From assembly GCA_965197475.1 (NCBI GenBank), contig CBDANF010000003.1, positions 2,925,971-2,989,970 of the forward strand: a DNA stretch of 64,000 nt. The letters are read 5' to 3'. This DNA is from Candidatus Poribacteria bacterium. Lineage in GTDB: Bacteria > Poribacteria > WGA-4E > WGA-3G. The notes beneath the pieces were generated by a model. It saw nothing but the letters and a program-made list of their open reading frames with translations. It was not told where the DNA came from and searched no databases. Made by a program: the position numbers and the translations under genes. Within the stretch, counting starts at the first letter, position 1; every line of letters starts with the position of its first letter. Of the stretch, positions 20,711-29,852 are shown one piece after another.

Positions 20711-21696
20711 GGCTCATGTAAAAAGTAAGTGCTATTTTTTCAAAGTTATGTTAGCGTGTTACCTATGGACTTTCCAATACAATCTCTCCTGGATGAAGAA
20801 AAAACTCAAGCGTGGGTGTTGGATCATTTCCACCTTCAAGGGCTGTGTTGCCCAAAATGCCAAGCGAGCGTGGCGGAGGCACGCAAGTTCCGTCCGACTG
20901 AAACAAGTGGTCTACAAGTGTATCGCTGCAAACACTGTGAGAGCATCTACAACCTCTATACCGGGACGGTCTTTGCTGGCACGCAGTTTCGTCCCTCACA
21001 GGTCGTTCTGCTTTTGCGCGGTGTCTGTCAAGGTGTTTCAAGTGCACAACTCGGGTGTGAACTGGGTCTAAGTCGTCAAACCGTTCTTTCTATAAGACGT
21101 AAACTCCAAACTTCGGCAGAGCAGATACAACCCGAAGCTGCTTTACCTGATGCTGAAGTCGAAACAGATGAGATGTTTCAAAACGCCGGTGAAAAAGGCG
21201 ATAAGCACGTTGATGCTTCGGATCCGCCGCGTCGGCGTGGCAATAAACGCAGGGAACATGGGACTTATGACAATGATCGTCCGCCTATTGTTGGGACGAA
21301 AGGTCGCGAAAGCGGTCTCCTGAGATTACGTGTTGTGCGGCACACCGATTCTGCGACGCTTTCAACACACGTTCATCAGTGGACGTTGCCGACTTCAACG
21401 GTGTATACGGATGGTTGGCGTGGCTATAACCGTATTCAGCGCGCCCGTGAGATTGTTCTCCATAAGGATGGCGAGTGGGCAAGAGACGCAGACGGTGATG
21501 GTCTTTACGAGATCCATACAAGGACGATTGAAGGTGCCTGGACGACGCTGCGAAACTTCCTTCGTCCCTTTCGTGGCGTTCATAAAAAGTTCCTCGCCGG
21601 TTACGTCGCAATCTGTGAGTTCGTCATGAATCTAAAAGCTGTCAGTGTTGATTTTATAGCAAAACTCGTCAAAAGCACTTACTCTTGACATGAGCG
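20711..21696 (+). mobile_element. IS1595-family insertion sequence (986 bp) with 8-bp TSD AAAAGGTT
   Basis: Terminal inverted repeats GGCTCATGTAAAAAGTAAGTGCT and AGCACTTACTCTTGACATGAGCG match at 19 of 23 positions. Direct repeats AAAAGGTT lie at 20703-20710 and 21697-21704. By eye it is more GC-rich than the flanks. Confidence 0.85.
20765..21688 (+). CDS. IS1595-family transposase (zinc-ribbon + DDE)
   Basis: N-terminal CCPKC...CKHC zinc ribbon, then ETDEMF, YTDGWRGY and HTRTIEGAW motifs typical of IS1595 DDE transposases. Confidence 0.85.
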   Translation: MDFPIQSLLDEEKTQAWVLDHFHLQGLCCPKCQASVAEARKFRPTETSGLQVYRCKHCESIYNLYTGTVFAGTQFRPSQVVLLLRGVCQGVSSAQLGCELGLSRQTVLSIRRKLQTSAEQIQPEAALPDAEVETDEMFQNAGEKGDKHVDASDPPRRRGNKRREHGTYDNDRPPIVGTKGRESGLLRLRVVRHTDSATLSTHVHQWTLPTSTVYTDGWRGYNRIQRAREIVLHKDGEWARDADGDGLYEIHTRTIEGAWTTLRNFLRPFRGVHKKFLAGYVAICEFVMNLKAVSVDFIAKLVKSTYS

Positions 21697-22096
21697 AAAA
21701 GGTTTTCAAGATCCCTTCCAAGTTGAGCAAATGTCCGATGGAACACTCAAACTGTTTGCATATCTTCTGATGCTTGAAAATCCTACGCCACCGCCATTTC
21801 TTTGTATTGAAGAACCGGAAAACTACTTATATCACAAACTTTTGGAGATTCTCGCCACTGAATTCCGAGAACATGCAACAGGACTCAAAGGCGGTTCACA
21901 GGTTTTTGTTACGACGCATCAACCATACTTTGTCAATGCATTAGACCCGAAAGAGGTCTGGATCCTCGAAAAAAAAGAAGATGGGTTTTCCAAAATCCGT
22001 CGGGCAAGCGAAGATCCGCTTGTGAATAACCTGGTTGAAGAAGGGTTACCTTTGGGCGGGCTCTGGTATAGCGACTATCTTGACCCGAGGTAATTA

Positions 22097-22738
22097 ATGC
22101 ACTTTGAGATACTTATTGAAGACTTGTCAGGCAAGAAAGCACTTCAGATTTTGATTCCAAAAATCGTCGGTGCGCGACATACATTCAGTATCTATCCCTA
22201 TAAAGGAATTGGACACCTTCCAATAAAATCTCAAAATCCGACAACTGCGAATACTGGTCATTTGCTTGACGATCTACCAAAGCAGCTCCGTGCTTATGGA
22301 AAAAGTTATGCCAATGATCCTACCAAAGTTGTAATTGTCGTTTGCGACTTGGATAAAAGGTGTTTGAAAACATTTCGAAAAGAACTTTTTTCTGTCCTTA
22401 ATGCGTGTAACCTCAAACCAGAGACTCGGTTTTGTATTGCTATAGAAGAAGGTGAAGCCTGGCTGCTTGGGAATATCCCCGCGATCAAGAAAGCTTTCCT
22501 AAAAGCCATTGATAATGTTCTGAATAGTTATCAAAATGACTCTATTTGCGGAACGTGGGAACTTCTGGCTGATGCTATATACGCAGGAGGTGCAAAATCG
22601 CTGCAAAAGAAAACTTGGCGTGCAAGAGGCAAGGTAAAATCAGTATGGGCACAAAAAATAACTCCATATATGAATGTAGACAAAAACGCGTCTCCCAGTT
22701 TCTGTTATTTTCGAGATAAGATTCGAGAATTGATCTGA
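22097..22738 (+). CDS. DUF4276-like (Toprim-like) partner of the AAA15 ATPase
   Basis: 213 aa, starting 3 nt after the ATPase stop. N-terminal ILIEDLSGK (acidic E) and VVCDLD (DxD) fit a Toprim-like core. The family was recognised from memory, not searched. Confidence 0.65.
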   Translation: MHFEILIEDLSGKKALQILIPKIVGARHTFSIYPYKGIGHLPIKSQNPTTANTGHLLDDLPKQLRAYGKSYANDPTKVVIVVCDLDKRCLKTFRKELFSVLNACNLKPETRFCIAIEEGEAWLLGNIPAIKKAFLKAIDNVLNSYQNDSICGTWELLADAIYAGGAKSLQKKTWRARGKVKSVWAQKITPYMNVDKNASPSFCYFRDKIRELI

Positions 22739-22787
22739 GCATCCGCCCATTGAACTGCCAACTTGTTGAAACAAAGGAGAAAATAGT

Positions 22788-23774
22788 ATGAGTCAAAGCG
22801 ATTTGAAAATTGCTTTTATTGGTGTTGGCGGTATTGCAGGTAATTACCGCCGAAGCCTAAAACAACTACAACGTCCGATTGCATCAATATGTGATATAAA
22901 CGCTGAACGCGCAGCAGCGATTGCTGCCGATGAAAATGCTACTGCATACACCGATCATCAGGAAATGCTTCAGAAAGAAAAACCTGATGTCGTTTTTACC
23001 TGTATCCCACCCGGTGCACACACCACACAAGTTGCGGATGCTGCAAGGGTTGGTGCTGCGGTCTTTGTTGCAAAACCGGTTGCAGATAGCATTGCTACTG
23101 CCCAACACACGAGTGCCTCAATTCGTAGGGCAGGAGTTATCAACCAAGTCGGTTATATGGCACGGTATAGCGACATCACTGACAAAGCAAAGGCGTTCGT
23201 AGGAGATCGGAAGCTTACAATGGGGTTTGGACGGTTTCTCACGCGGATGGGCGCAAACCATCCGTGGTGGGGAAAATTTGAAGTATCTCGCGGACAGATG
23301 GTTGAGCAGACTACTCATGTCTTTGACCTAATCCGATATTTCCTTGGTGATGTTGAAAATGTCCAAGCTTTCGGTATCAAAGGTGTCTCTGAAGGTATTG
23401 CAGATTTTGAGGAGTGCACTGTTTGCAATCTGAAGTTTAAAAGCGGTGCCGTAGCAAGTATTACCAGCACCTGTGTTGCTCGCGCACATGATAGTTTCGC
23501 AACTGAATTGGTGGGAGATGACATCTATCTCAAACTGACGCACGATCTCAGTTTGCGCGGACAGATTGGCGGTGAAGGAATAGACTATACCGGCACCGAA
23601 GCCGGTTATTTCCGACAGATTGAGCAGTTTATCAAAGCGGTTGAAGCAAATGACCAAGAGCTGGTACGTTCTTCCTATGAAGATGCGTTCAAGACACTTG
23701 CGGTCACACTTGCTGCGAATCGTTCGTTAGAGACAGGACAGGTTGAACAGGTTGTGGAAGAGATCACTGATTGA
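22788..23774 (+). CDS. Gfo/Idh/MocA-family NAD(P)-dependent oxidoreductase
   Basis: N-terminal Rossmann motif IAFIGVGGIAGNY and the typical length of 328 aa. Confidence 0.85.
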   Translation: MSQSDLKIAFIGVGGIAGNYRRSLKQLQRPIASICDINAERAAAIAADENATAYTDHQEMLQKEKPDVVFTCIPPGAHTTQVADAARVGAAVFVAKPVADSIATAQHTSASIRRAGVINQVGYMARYSDITDKAKAFVGDRKLTMGFGRFLTRMGANHPWWGKFEVSRGQMVEQTTHVFDLIRYFLGDVENVQAFGIKGVSEGIADFEECTVCNLKFKSGAVASITSTCVARAHDSFATELVGDDIYLKLTHDLSLRGQIGGEGIDYTGTEAGYFRQIEQFIKAVEANDQELVRSSYEDAFKTLAVTLAANRSLETGQVEQVVEEITD

Positions 23775-23844
23775 AAATGTGATCGGTGAATAGCCCACCT
23801 CAAACTGGGTATAGTATTGAGAAATTTATTGATTATGAAACGTG

Positions 23845-23868
23845 AATCTGGTATAAGAATACCAGATT
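23845..23868 (+). terminator. 10-bp perfect hairpin downstream of the oxidoreductase gene
   Basis: AATCTGGTAT-aaga-ATACCAGATT. No U-tract follows, so terminator function is uncertain. Confidence 0.3.
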
Positions 23869-23946
23869 ACTATCTGTATTGCATTAGTGTTAAGTCCGTG
23901 CTTCAGAATTGGTAAAACCTCCTATATAGGAAAGGAGTCTCATTTG

Positions 23947-26900
23947 ATGAAAAAACATATTTTTCGTTTTGCCATATTTACGTTAATCTGTCTATTCTTT
24001 TGTATGCTATCTGTTGAGTTTGTTTATGCTGGGATTGAAGCTTCTATTATACTTGATATAGACCTTAACGAAAATGGTCTCATGCGTGATATTGCGGCGA
24101 CAGCTACGCGTTTTTATGTCTTGTTTGCAGGCAGGCAACCGGAAATAGGAGGAACGTCCAATAGTGGATCGTCTTATATACGGAAAGTCTACGTTTTTGA
24201 CCATGAAGGAACACGTAAACCAGACGAGGAGTTTGAAATAGATACAGAACTGACACCATACAGCATTGCAGTAACAAATAAATTTATCTATATTTCATAC
24301 TGGGATAGTTCCGGTATTGATGCCTATGCGTTTGATGGTACGCGTTTACATGATGAGGGCTTACGTTATGCCTCTGCAGGTCAAAAAAGTAGTATAGCAG
24401 CAACAGAGACGCACATATATGTTTCAGATGTCTCTTATTTAGATGAAGTTGATATTTACAAGTTTAAAGATACACAAGGCGATCTAAACGCAAGGAACGT
24501 TTCCTGGGAGAAAGAATTTAAACTTACCACAAATGAGAGTCTTAGAGCTTTCATCGCCGCAACAGATACCCGTGTCTATATCCAAAATCCTAACGATTCT
24601 ACAATCTATGTCTACGATACCCGGGACGGTGGTAGACGCGCACGTGAAGATTTCGTACACTGCTTATGGACTGGGCTAAGGAAAGAATCTATTTACGTCC
24701 CCTCACGCTATTTATCAGGCATTACAACAACACCATTAGGTGGAAAATTGTATATGTTAATTTCCCGATCAAGGGATGATGGAATAGAGGGACGCCAACT
24801 TAAGGTCTATAGGTATTCTATTCCGGAAGAAAATGCTGCACGTCCTGAGGTCTTTTTGCCTGCAAAACCGCCTCGCAGAGCAAGTTATTATTTCTATTTG
24901 CCGCCTTCTGGTTCCGGGATAGCTGCGACTGATACAACCGTCTATATAGGAGCTGATGGTTCACGTTATTTTGGTCGTGCTGCTACAATACATGCCGAAA
25001 CCTATTCCGATGGGGTACCGGGCAGTTTATTCGCAGATGCCGGCAAACTGAGAGGTAATATATCCGTAACCTATCCTCATCTAGGTTCTTCCGGTATGAC
25101 AGTTGACTATAACAATATCTATCTGCTTATTCGTCGGGCATCTGATGTACTTACTCAAGAACACAACTATGCCGTTCGACACTGTTTACTTAATTCAGAT
25201 GGAACTATTCATGGTGGTAAGACGACATTAAGAGATCTTCAACTACCACTTGCAATGGAAAATTTTAAGAATGGAATAGGGCTAGCTATTGACTCAGAAG
25301 GAATTCTATACGTGATGGCTGCTGGTGAAAATTACAAAGGACCTCCGCTAATCTATCGATATAAACCTTCATTGGATTCTCCACAACATAGTCAAGCTTT
25401 GCCTGGTAACCCTATCTTGTTACATCCTGACCATAAGGCTCCATGCGGTATAACGATTGTAAAAAACCGCGCTTATGTTCTGGATAGGGCGTTTATAACT
25501 GATGAAGGCACCCCTCGATTGTACGCAAAGGTTTTTGTCTACGATTTGGATGCCCACGATGTATTTGAGTACTTACCTGAGGAGAGTTTTTTAGTAAATG
25601 CCCGAATAGGAAATCAGACAATCATACCGTATGATTCAGGTATTGCTGTAAATGGAGACACATTTTTCATCTCAATGAGAGCAGAGTGGCCTTCCAATTA
25701 TAAACATGTTCTTGTCTACGGTCCTCTTGCAGCACCGAGTTGGGGGCCCATACGCGCAGATACAATTCAGCGTAGGCAACCCTATGGTGGGGACATTAGA
25801 AGAATGTCAATAGTGGCTACAAATGGTAGTGACTACTACAAATACCAGGCAATCGAAGGTATTCCATGGATTCTTTCACTGGATTTTGACTTTGTATTTG
25901 GCAATCCTGATCCTTCCATTACCTTTAAAACAGGTTATAAAAAACCAGAATGGTTGACCTTAAAGGATGGTGTTCTATCAGGTACCCCTTCATCAGCAGG
26001 TAAGTTAACAATTGAACTCACTGCCACCAACGAACAAGGAAGTACGGATGAAAGTATCACCTTAAACGTTGGTCCGGGGGTTGTGGCACCGAGTTGGCAT
26101 GATTTCTCAGTGCCAGAGATAAGGATACACGATGCTTGGTCATTAACCTTAACTGACTTGGTTACTGGTAATCCGACACCGGAGATATATTTTACACAAG
26201 GATACACACCACCTGACTGGTTAAAGCTAAGAGAAGGCGTGTTATCAGGGACACCGCCAAAGGCGGGTACATATTCTATCCAAGTTACCGCTGCCAGTGC
26301 TCTCAGACGCCCTGGCTATGTAAAGTGGGCGGATATTGTGATATATTTGGTTGTCAAAGGTCCAACATCTCCTAATTGGGCACTTGATTCCATGAACGAT
26401 ACTGCACAAGGTATCGCCGCTACGGACAACCGGATCTATGTGACAGACCTTATTGATGACAAAATCTATGTTTACGGACACGATGGAGAGCGATATGTTG
26501 CTCAGGATATAGACCTCAAGACACTCACAGAAAACCCAATCGGTATCACTGCTACGGTGACACATATCTATATTGTTGATAACAGCGAGGATATCGTCTC
26601 AATTTTAGATGTTACAGAAACAGGTTCTGTCGGCAATTTCAAGCTTGACCCCGATAATAGAGGTCCAACCGGTATTGCAGCGACAGCAAGACGACTTTAT
26701 GTTGTTGACCACGAGGATGATAAGGTCTATACCTACGCACACGACGGTACACGGCACCCTACTGAGGATGTTAACCTGCACAAACATAGTGAACCCACCG
26801 GTATTACAGCGACAGCGACACGACTTTATGTTGTTGACGGTGATGATGACAAAATCTATCCCTATGAATATGATGGCAAAATGAAGAACAGTGAAATTGT

Positions 26901-28737
26901 TGAACTTGTTACAGAAAACAGAAGTCCAACTGGTGTTACTGCAACACCAGCGCATCTGTTTGTCGCAGATATTATTGACCAGAAAGTCTATTCATATCCG
27001 ATCCCTGGTGTTACCGAGGTTGTTGTAACTGTAGGCGCGCCGAGTTGGAAGCCCGTGTCAATTCCCGAAGCAGTGAAAGGTTCCCATTGGACGCTCTCCT
27101 TAGCAGATTTCGTAAAAGGGGACCCAACGCCACAGATCTACTTTACAGACGGTTATACGTCATCTAACTGGCTTACGTTGCAAAATGGTGTGCTTTCAGG
27201 CACCCCTACGATGGCTAACACTGAATATATCAAAGTTACCGCAACAAATAGTAAGGGAAGCGCAGACATAACAGTACCGCTTTCTGTGTCGCATTCAGAA
27301 TATACATCCTGGGACCTCAACCCCGAAGAAATTTATGTAAATACCATTGCCAGCACAGAAGAGTTTGTCTATGTGTTTTATGGGACCCAGAATAATATAC
27401 CTCACATAAGTGCTTACACTCATGATGGAATTCGCCGTCCGGATAAGGATATAAAACTTGGAACGGAACATAGAAAAGACTCACACAGCATTAACACCCA
27501 CATCACCGCCTCTGAAACACATCTTTTTATGGTGGAGACATATAACGATTCCGATGAATCGAATCCAACTGGTGGAAGAAAAGTCTATGTGTTTGACATT
27601 ACAGGAACAGGCACTAAACGGCATTTTTTTCTAAGTAGGGAGGTAGGTATGTACACAGCGGAGATTGCTGCCACTACAACGCGCTTTTATGCAGTCAATT
27701 GGTCTGAAAGGAAATTCCATGTTTACGGACACGATGGAACACCTTACCCAAATGAGGATTTTACACTCAAGCCGCACGACACTGAAGGTACATTTTTTTT
27801 GGACGTAGCGACAACTGAAACGCGTATCTACGTTTTGTTAGCAAAAGTGAATGGTTATGTTCGTGGTAAAGTTTTTGTATATGGGCATGATGGCACACCT
27901 TATCCTGACGAAAACTTCAACGTCGGTGAAGTAAAAACTGTAGATATTACAGCAACATCAACGCATCTGATGGCATATTCCGGTCCGTATCTTAGAGGCA
28001 TAAATACCGGCTCTATTTTTTACTTCCCACTTCCTGAGGCGGAAGGAAACACCGAAACAGCTGTTCATATCCAAGATACAACGCCCGCTTGGGATGTCAA
28101 TCAGGATGGAAAGGTTGATATCCAAGACCTAATTAAGGTCGCACAGTATATTGATGAAACAGAACTTTCTAATCCACAAGCAGACGTAAATGGAGATGGA
28201 ACAATTGATGTTCAAGACCTACTCATTGTTTCACAACATTTAGGAGAATCAGCTGAGGCAGCATCACCTATAAAAACAACTGCTTTGCGATTTCCTGCCC
28301 TTGTAAAAAACGTTGCAGATGGTGATGTCACAACGGAACTAATTCAAACATGGATAGACCTTGCGCGGATTTCGGACGATGGTTCGCCTGTTTTTCAGCG
28401 CGGTATTGCAAACTTAGAACGTCTATTAGCTGAGATGCTACCAGATAAGACAGAACTCCTCGCAAACTATCCGAATCCTTTTAACCCAGAAACGTGGATA
28501 CCTTACCATCTTGCTAAGGAAGCTGAGGTGCAAATTACTATTTACGATATAAACGGTGCTGTCGTGAGACAATTAGACCTGGGATTGAAACTCGCCGATA
28601 ATTATACGGACCGTTCCCGAGCTGCTTTTTGGGATGGACGCAATGCTGATGGTGAGAAGGTTGCAAGCGGAATTTACTTCTATCAACTCCGTGCAGGCGG
28701 CTATGATCACACCCGCAGAATGCTTATTGTTAAATAG
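23947..28737 (+). CDS. Giant secreted beta-propeller / Ig-like / dockerin-like protein with T9SS-like C-terminal domain
   Basis: RBS AAAGGAG and signal peptide MKKHIFRFAIFTLICLFFCML. Many GIAAT-x-RIYV-D..DDKIYVY.HDG blades and three Ig-like GY..P(D/E)WL.L..GVLSGTP segments. Two DVN(Q/G)DG..D.QDL repeats. C-terminal LLANYPNPFNPETWIPY...GIYFYQL. Confidence 0.85.
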   Translation: MKKHIFRFAIFTLICLFFCMLSVEFVYAGIEASIILDIDLNENGLMRDIAATATRFYVLFAGRQPEIGGTSNSGSSYIRKVYVFDHEGTRKPDEEFEIDTELTPYSIAVTNKFIYISYWDSSGIDAYAFDGTRLHDEGLRYASAGQKSSIAATETHIYVSDVSYLDEVDIYKFKDTQGDLNARNVSWEKEFKLTTNESLRAFIAATDTRVYIQNPNDSTIYVYDTRDGGRRAREDFVHCLWTGLRKESIYVPSRYLSGITTTPLGGKLYMLISRSRDDGIEGRQLKVYRYSIPEENAARPEVFLPAKPPRRASYYFYLPPSGSGIAATDTTVYIGADGSRYFGRAATIHAETYSDGVPGSLFADAGKLRGNISVTYPHLGSSGMTVDYNNIYLLIRRASDVLTQEHNYAVRHCLLNSDGTIHGGKTTLRDLQLPLAMENFKNGIGLAIDSEGILYVMAAGENYKGPPLIYRYKPSLDSPQHSQALPGNPILLHPDHKAPCGITIVKNRAYVLDRAFITDEGTPRLYAKVFVYDLDAHDVFEYLPEESFLVNARIGNQTIIPYDSGIAVNGDTFFISMRAEWPSNYKHVLVYGPLAAPSWGPIRADTIQRRQPYGGDIRRMSIVATNGSDYYKYQAIEGIPWILSLDFDFVFGNPDPSITFKTGYKKPEWLTLKDGVLSGTPSSAGKLTIELTATNEQGSTDESITLNVGPGVVAPSWHDFSVPEIRIHDAWSLTLTDLVTGNPTPEIYFTQGYTPPDWLKLREGVLSGTPPKAGTYSIQVTAASALRRPGYVKWADIVIYLVVKGPTSPNWALDSMNDTAQGIAATDNRIYVTDLIDDKIYVYGHDGERYVAQDIDLKTLTENPIGITATVTHIYIVDNSEDIVSILDVTETGSVGNFKLDPDNRGPTGIAATARRLYVVDHEDDKVYTYAHDGTRHPTEDVNLHKHSEPTGITATATRLYVVDGDDDKIYPYEYDGKMKNSEIVELVTENRSPTGVTATPAHLFVADIIDQKVYSYPIPGVTEVVVTVGAPSWKPVSIPEAVKGSHWTLSLADFVKGDPTPQIYFTDGYTSSNWLTLQNGVLSGTPTMANTEYIKVTATNSKGSADITVPLSVSHSEYTSWDLNPEEIYVNTIASTEEFVYVFYGTQNNIPHISAYTHDGIRRPDKDIKLGTEHRKDSHSINTHITASETHLFMVETYNDSDESNPTGGRKVYVFDITGTGTKRHFFLSREVGMYTAEIAATTTRFYAVNWSERKFHVYGHDGTPYPNEDFTLKPHDTEGTFFLDVATTETRIYVLLAKVNGYVRGKVFVYGHDGTPYPDENFNVGEVKTVDITATSTHLMAYSGPYLRGINTGSIFYFPLPEAEGNTETAVHIQDTTPAWDVNQDGKVDIQDLIKVAQYIDETELSNPQADVNGDGTIDVQDLLIVSQHLGESAEAASPIKTTALRFPALVKNVADGDVTTELIQTWIDLARISDDGSPVFQRGIANLERLLAEMLPDKTELLANYPNPFNPETWIPYHLAKEAEVQITIYDINGAVVRQLDLGLKLADNYTDRSRAAFWDGRNADGEKVASGIYFYQLRAGGYDHTRRMLIVK

Positions 28738-28868
28738 TATCAAATGACCATAGGATATCTGGAAGGTTGATGTTTATTGGCTTCCCAGCGATCATTAATG
28801 AGTGGGTTGCGTTGGGATCGCGAGCATCCTCTTTGAGAAATGATGCGTTTAGCGATAAACGTGTCTAA

Positions 28869-28897
28869 AGTATAGCAAAACCAGTAGCGGTTGTCAA
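28869..28897 (-). promoter_or_regulatory. Consensus sigma70-like promoter TTGACA-17-TATACT pointing out of the DUF1670 cassette
   Basis: On the minus strand the -35 TTGACA is at 28897-28892, the spacer is 17 nt, and the -10 TATACT is at 28874-28869. It lies downstream of the DUF1670 stop and faces the 3' end of the giant gene. Confidence 0.4.
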
Positions 28898-28964
28898 CCA
28901 TATTTTCAAGGCACCTGCCCCGGTTTTGCGAAGTAAAGTTCGTCGGGAACATAGGATTAGGGTC

Positions 28965-29849
28965 TCATTGGGCTTCTCCTTGGTGAGTGGCTTCATCGTT
29001 TGAGTCTGAATTGGCAAGGTCTGCATCTATGGCTTGGAGTTGGTGCTGCGGTATGAGGTCGAGATATTGAGAGATGACGCGTTTAGAAAGTCGTGTAATC
29101 TGTGAGATTTTATCAATATCTGCGGTTGCTTTCCGAACGACTTTGACGCTCTCATAATCGCGAATGTATCGGTCAACTGCCTCCTTAGAGTGTTTGGTCT
29201 TTGCGGCAATCCTGGGGGTGAGATGTCCTTGAAGATAGAGGGTTATGATCTCTTTCTTATGGGTAATAGCCCCCGATAAGTCATGGATATTGCCACGGGT
29301 GGGCAAGAGTTCTCCAGTGGTTTTTTGCCATTCATTAACATAATCACAGACAACGGCATCGCAGACATTGAGCAAAACTGCCAAGTCGAGTTGTGTCAAT
29401 AATGCCCCTTGGTCATAAGCTTGATGACACCAGCGGACCAAGCGATTGATCCGCAATTGCCGGGAGGTGAAACCGTTGCGAAAGGATTCAATATCCTCTG
29501 CGGCGAGGTAAGTCAGGATGACGGGTTTCATGCGGGTTTTGACGATGGACTTTCCTCTTTCTGGATGCTCTTCAATAGGGACAGCCATCCAAACGAGGTG
29601 TCCATAGCTCAGCAGCCGCTCCTCTGGGAGTGCGTCACCAGTGGCGAGTTTCTCCAAAGGAAGGGTAATCACGAAATAGTCCTCAACGGTCTTAAGAATA
29701 TCATCAACAATAGCTGTCGCCGTGACTTCGCCTTTGTCATAACCGTAGTCATTGAGAAAGCGATGGATCAGCAACTGTCGTAGGGATTTATCGTTGATGC
29801 GTCTGAACTTTTTCTCGTTGATTTGGGTGCGCGTCAAAGGTTTGCTCAT
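28965..29849 (-). CDS. DUF1670-like HTH protein (paralogue B)
   Basis: 294 aa. Its C-terminal half aligns with the upstream paralogue (QGALLTQLDLAVLL / QDALLSYEDLAVLL; TRGNIHDLSGAITHK / TRGAKHDMGPGLSHK). Family recognised from memory. Confidence 0.6.
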   Translation of the reverse strand: MSKPLTRTQINEKKFRRINDKSLRQLLIHRFLNDYGYDKGEVTATAIVDDILKTVEDYFVITLPLEKLATGDALPEERLLSYGHLVWMAVPIEEHPERGKSIVKTRMKPVILTYLAAEDIESFRNGFTSRQLRINRLVRWCHQAYDQGALLTQLDLAVLLNVCDAVVCDYVNEWQKTTGELLPTRGNIHDLSGAITHKKEIITLYLQGHLTPRIAAKTKHSKEAVDRYIRDYESVKVVRKATADIDKISQITRLSKRVISQYLDLIPQHQLQAIDADLANSDSNDEATHQGEAQ

Positions 29850-29852
29850 CAG

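Larger units (their letters stand above)
19719..22093 (+). pseudogene. ABC/AAA15-type ATPase (OLD/PARIS AriA-like), interrupted by an IS1595-family element and three frameshifts
   Basis: N-terminal Walker A GKNGVGKTT. After the IS come QMSDGTLKLFAYLLML (signature-like) and LCIEEPENYLYH (Walker B). Frame changes fall at A7 19937-19943, A9 20614-20622 and A6 20701-20706. The IS occupies 20711-21696. Confidence 0.75.

Noticed and set aside
26400-27000. Periodic near-repeats that could superficially resemble a repeat-spacer array.
   Set aside because: They lie in frame inside the 4.8-kb ORF and encode beta-propeller blades with a 129-nt period. There are no short invariant repeats with unique spacers, so this is not CRISPR.
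28740-28952. A 70-aa minus-strand ORF between the giant gene and the DUF1670 gene.
   Set aside because: It has no RBS or family resemblance. The consensus promoter lies inside it, so the ORF start would not be transcribed from that promoter. It is probably non-coding cassette-end DNA.
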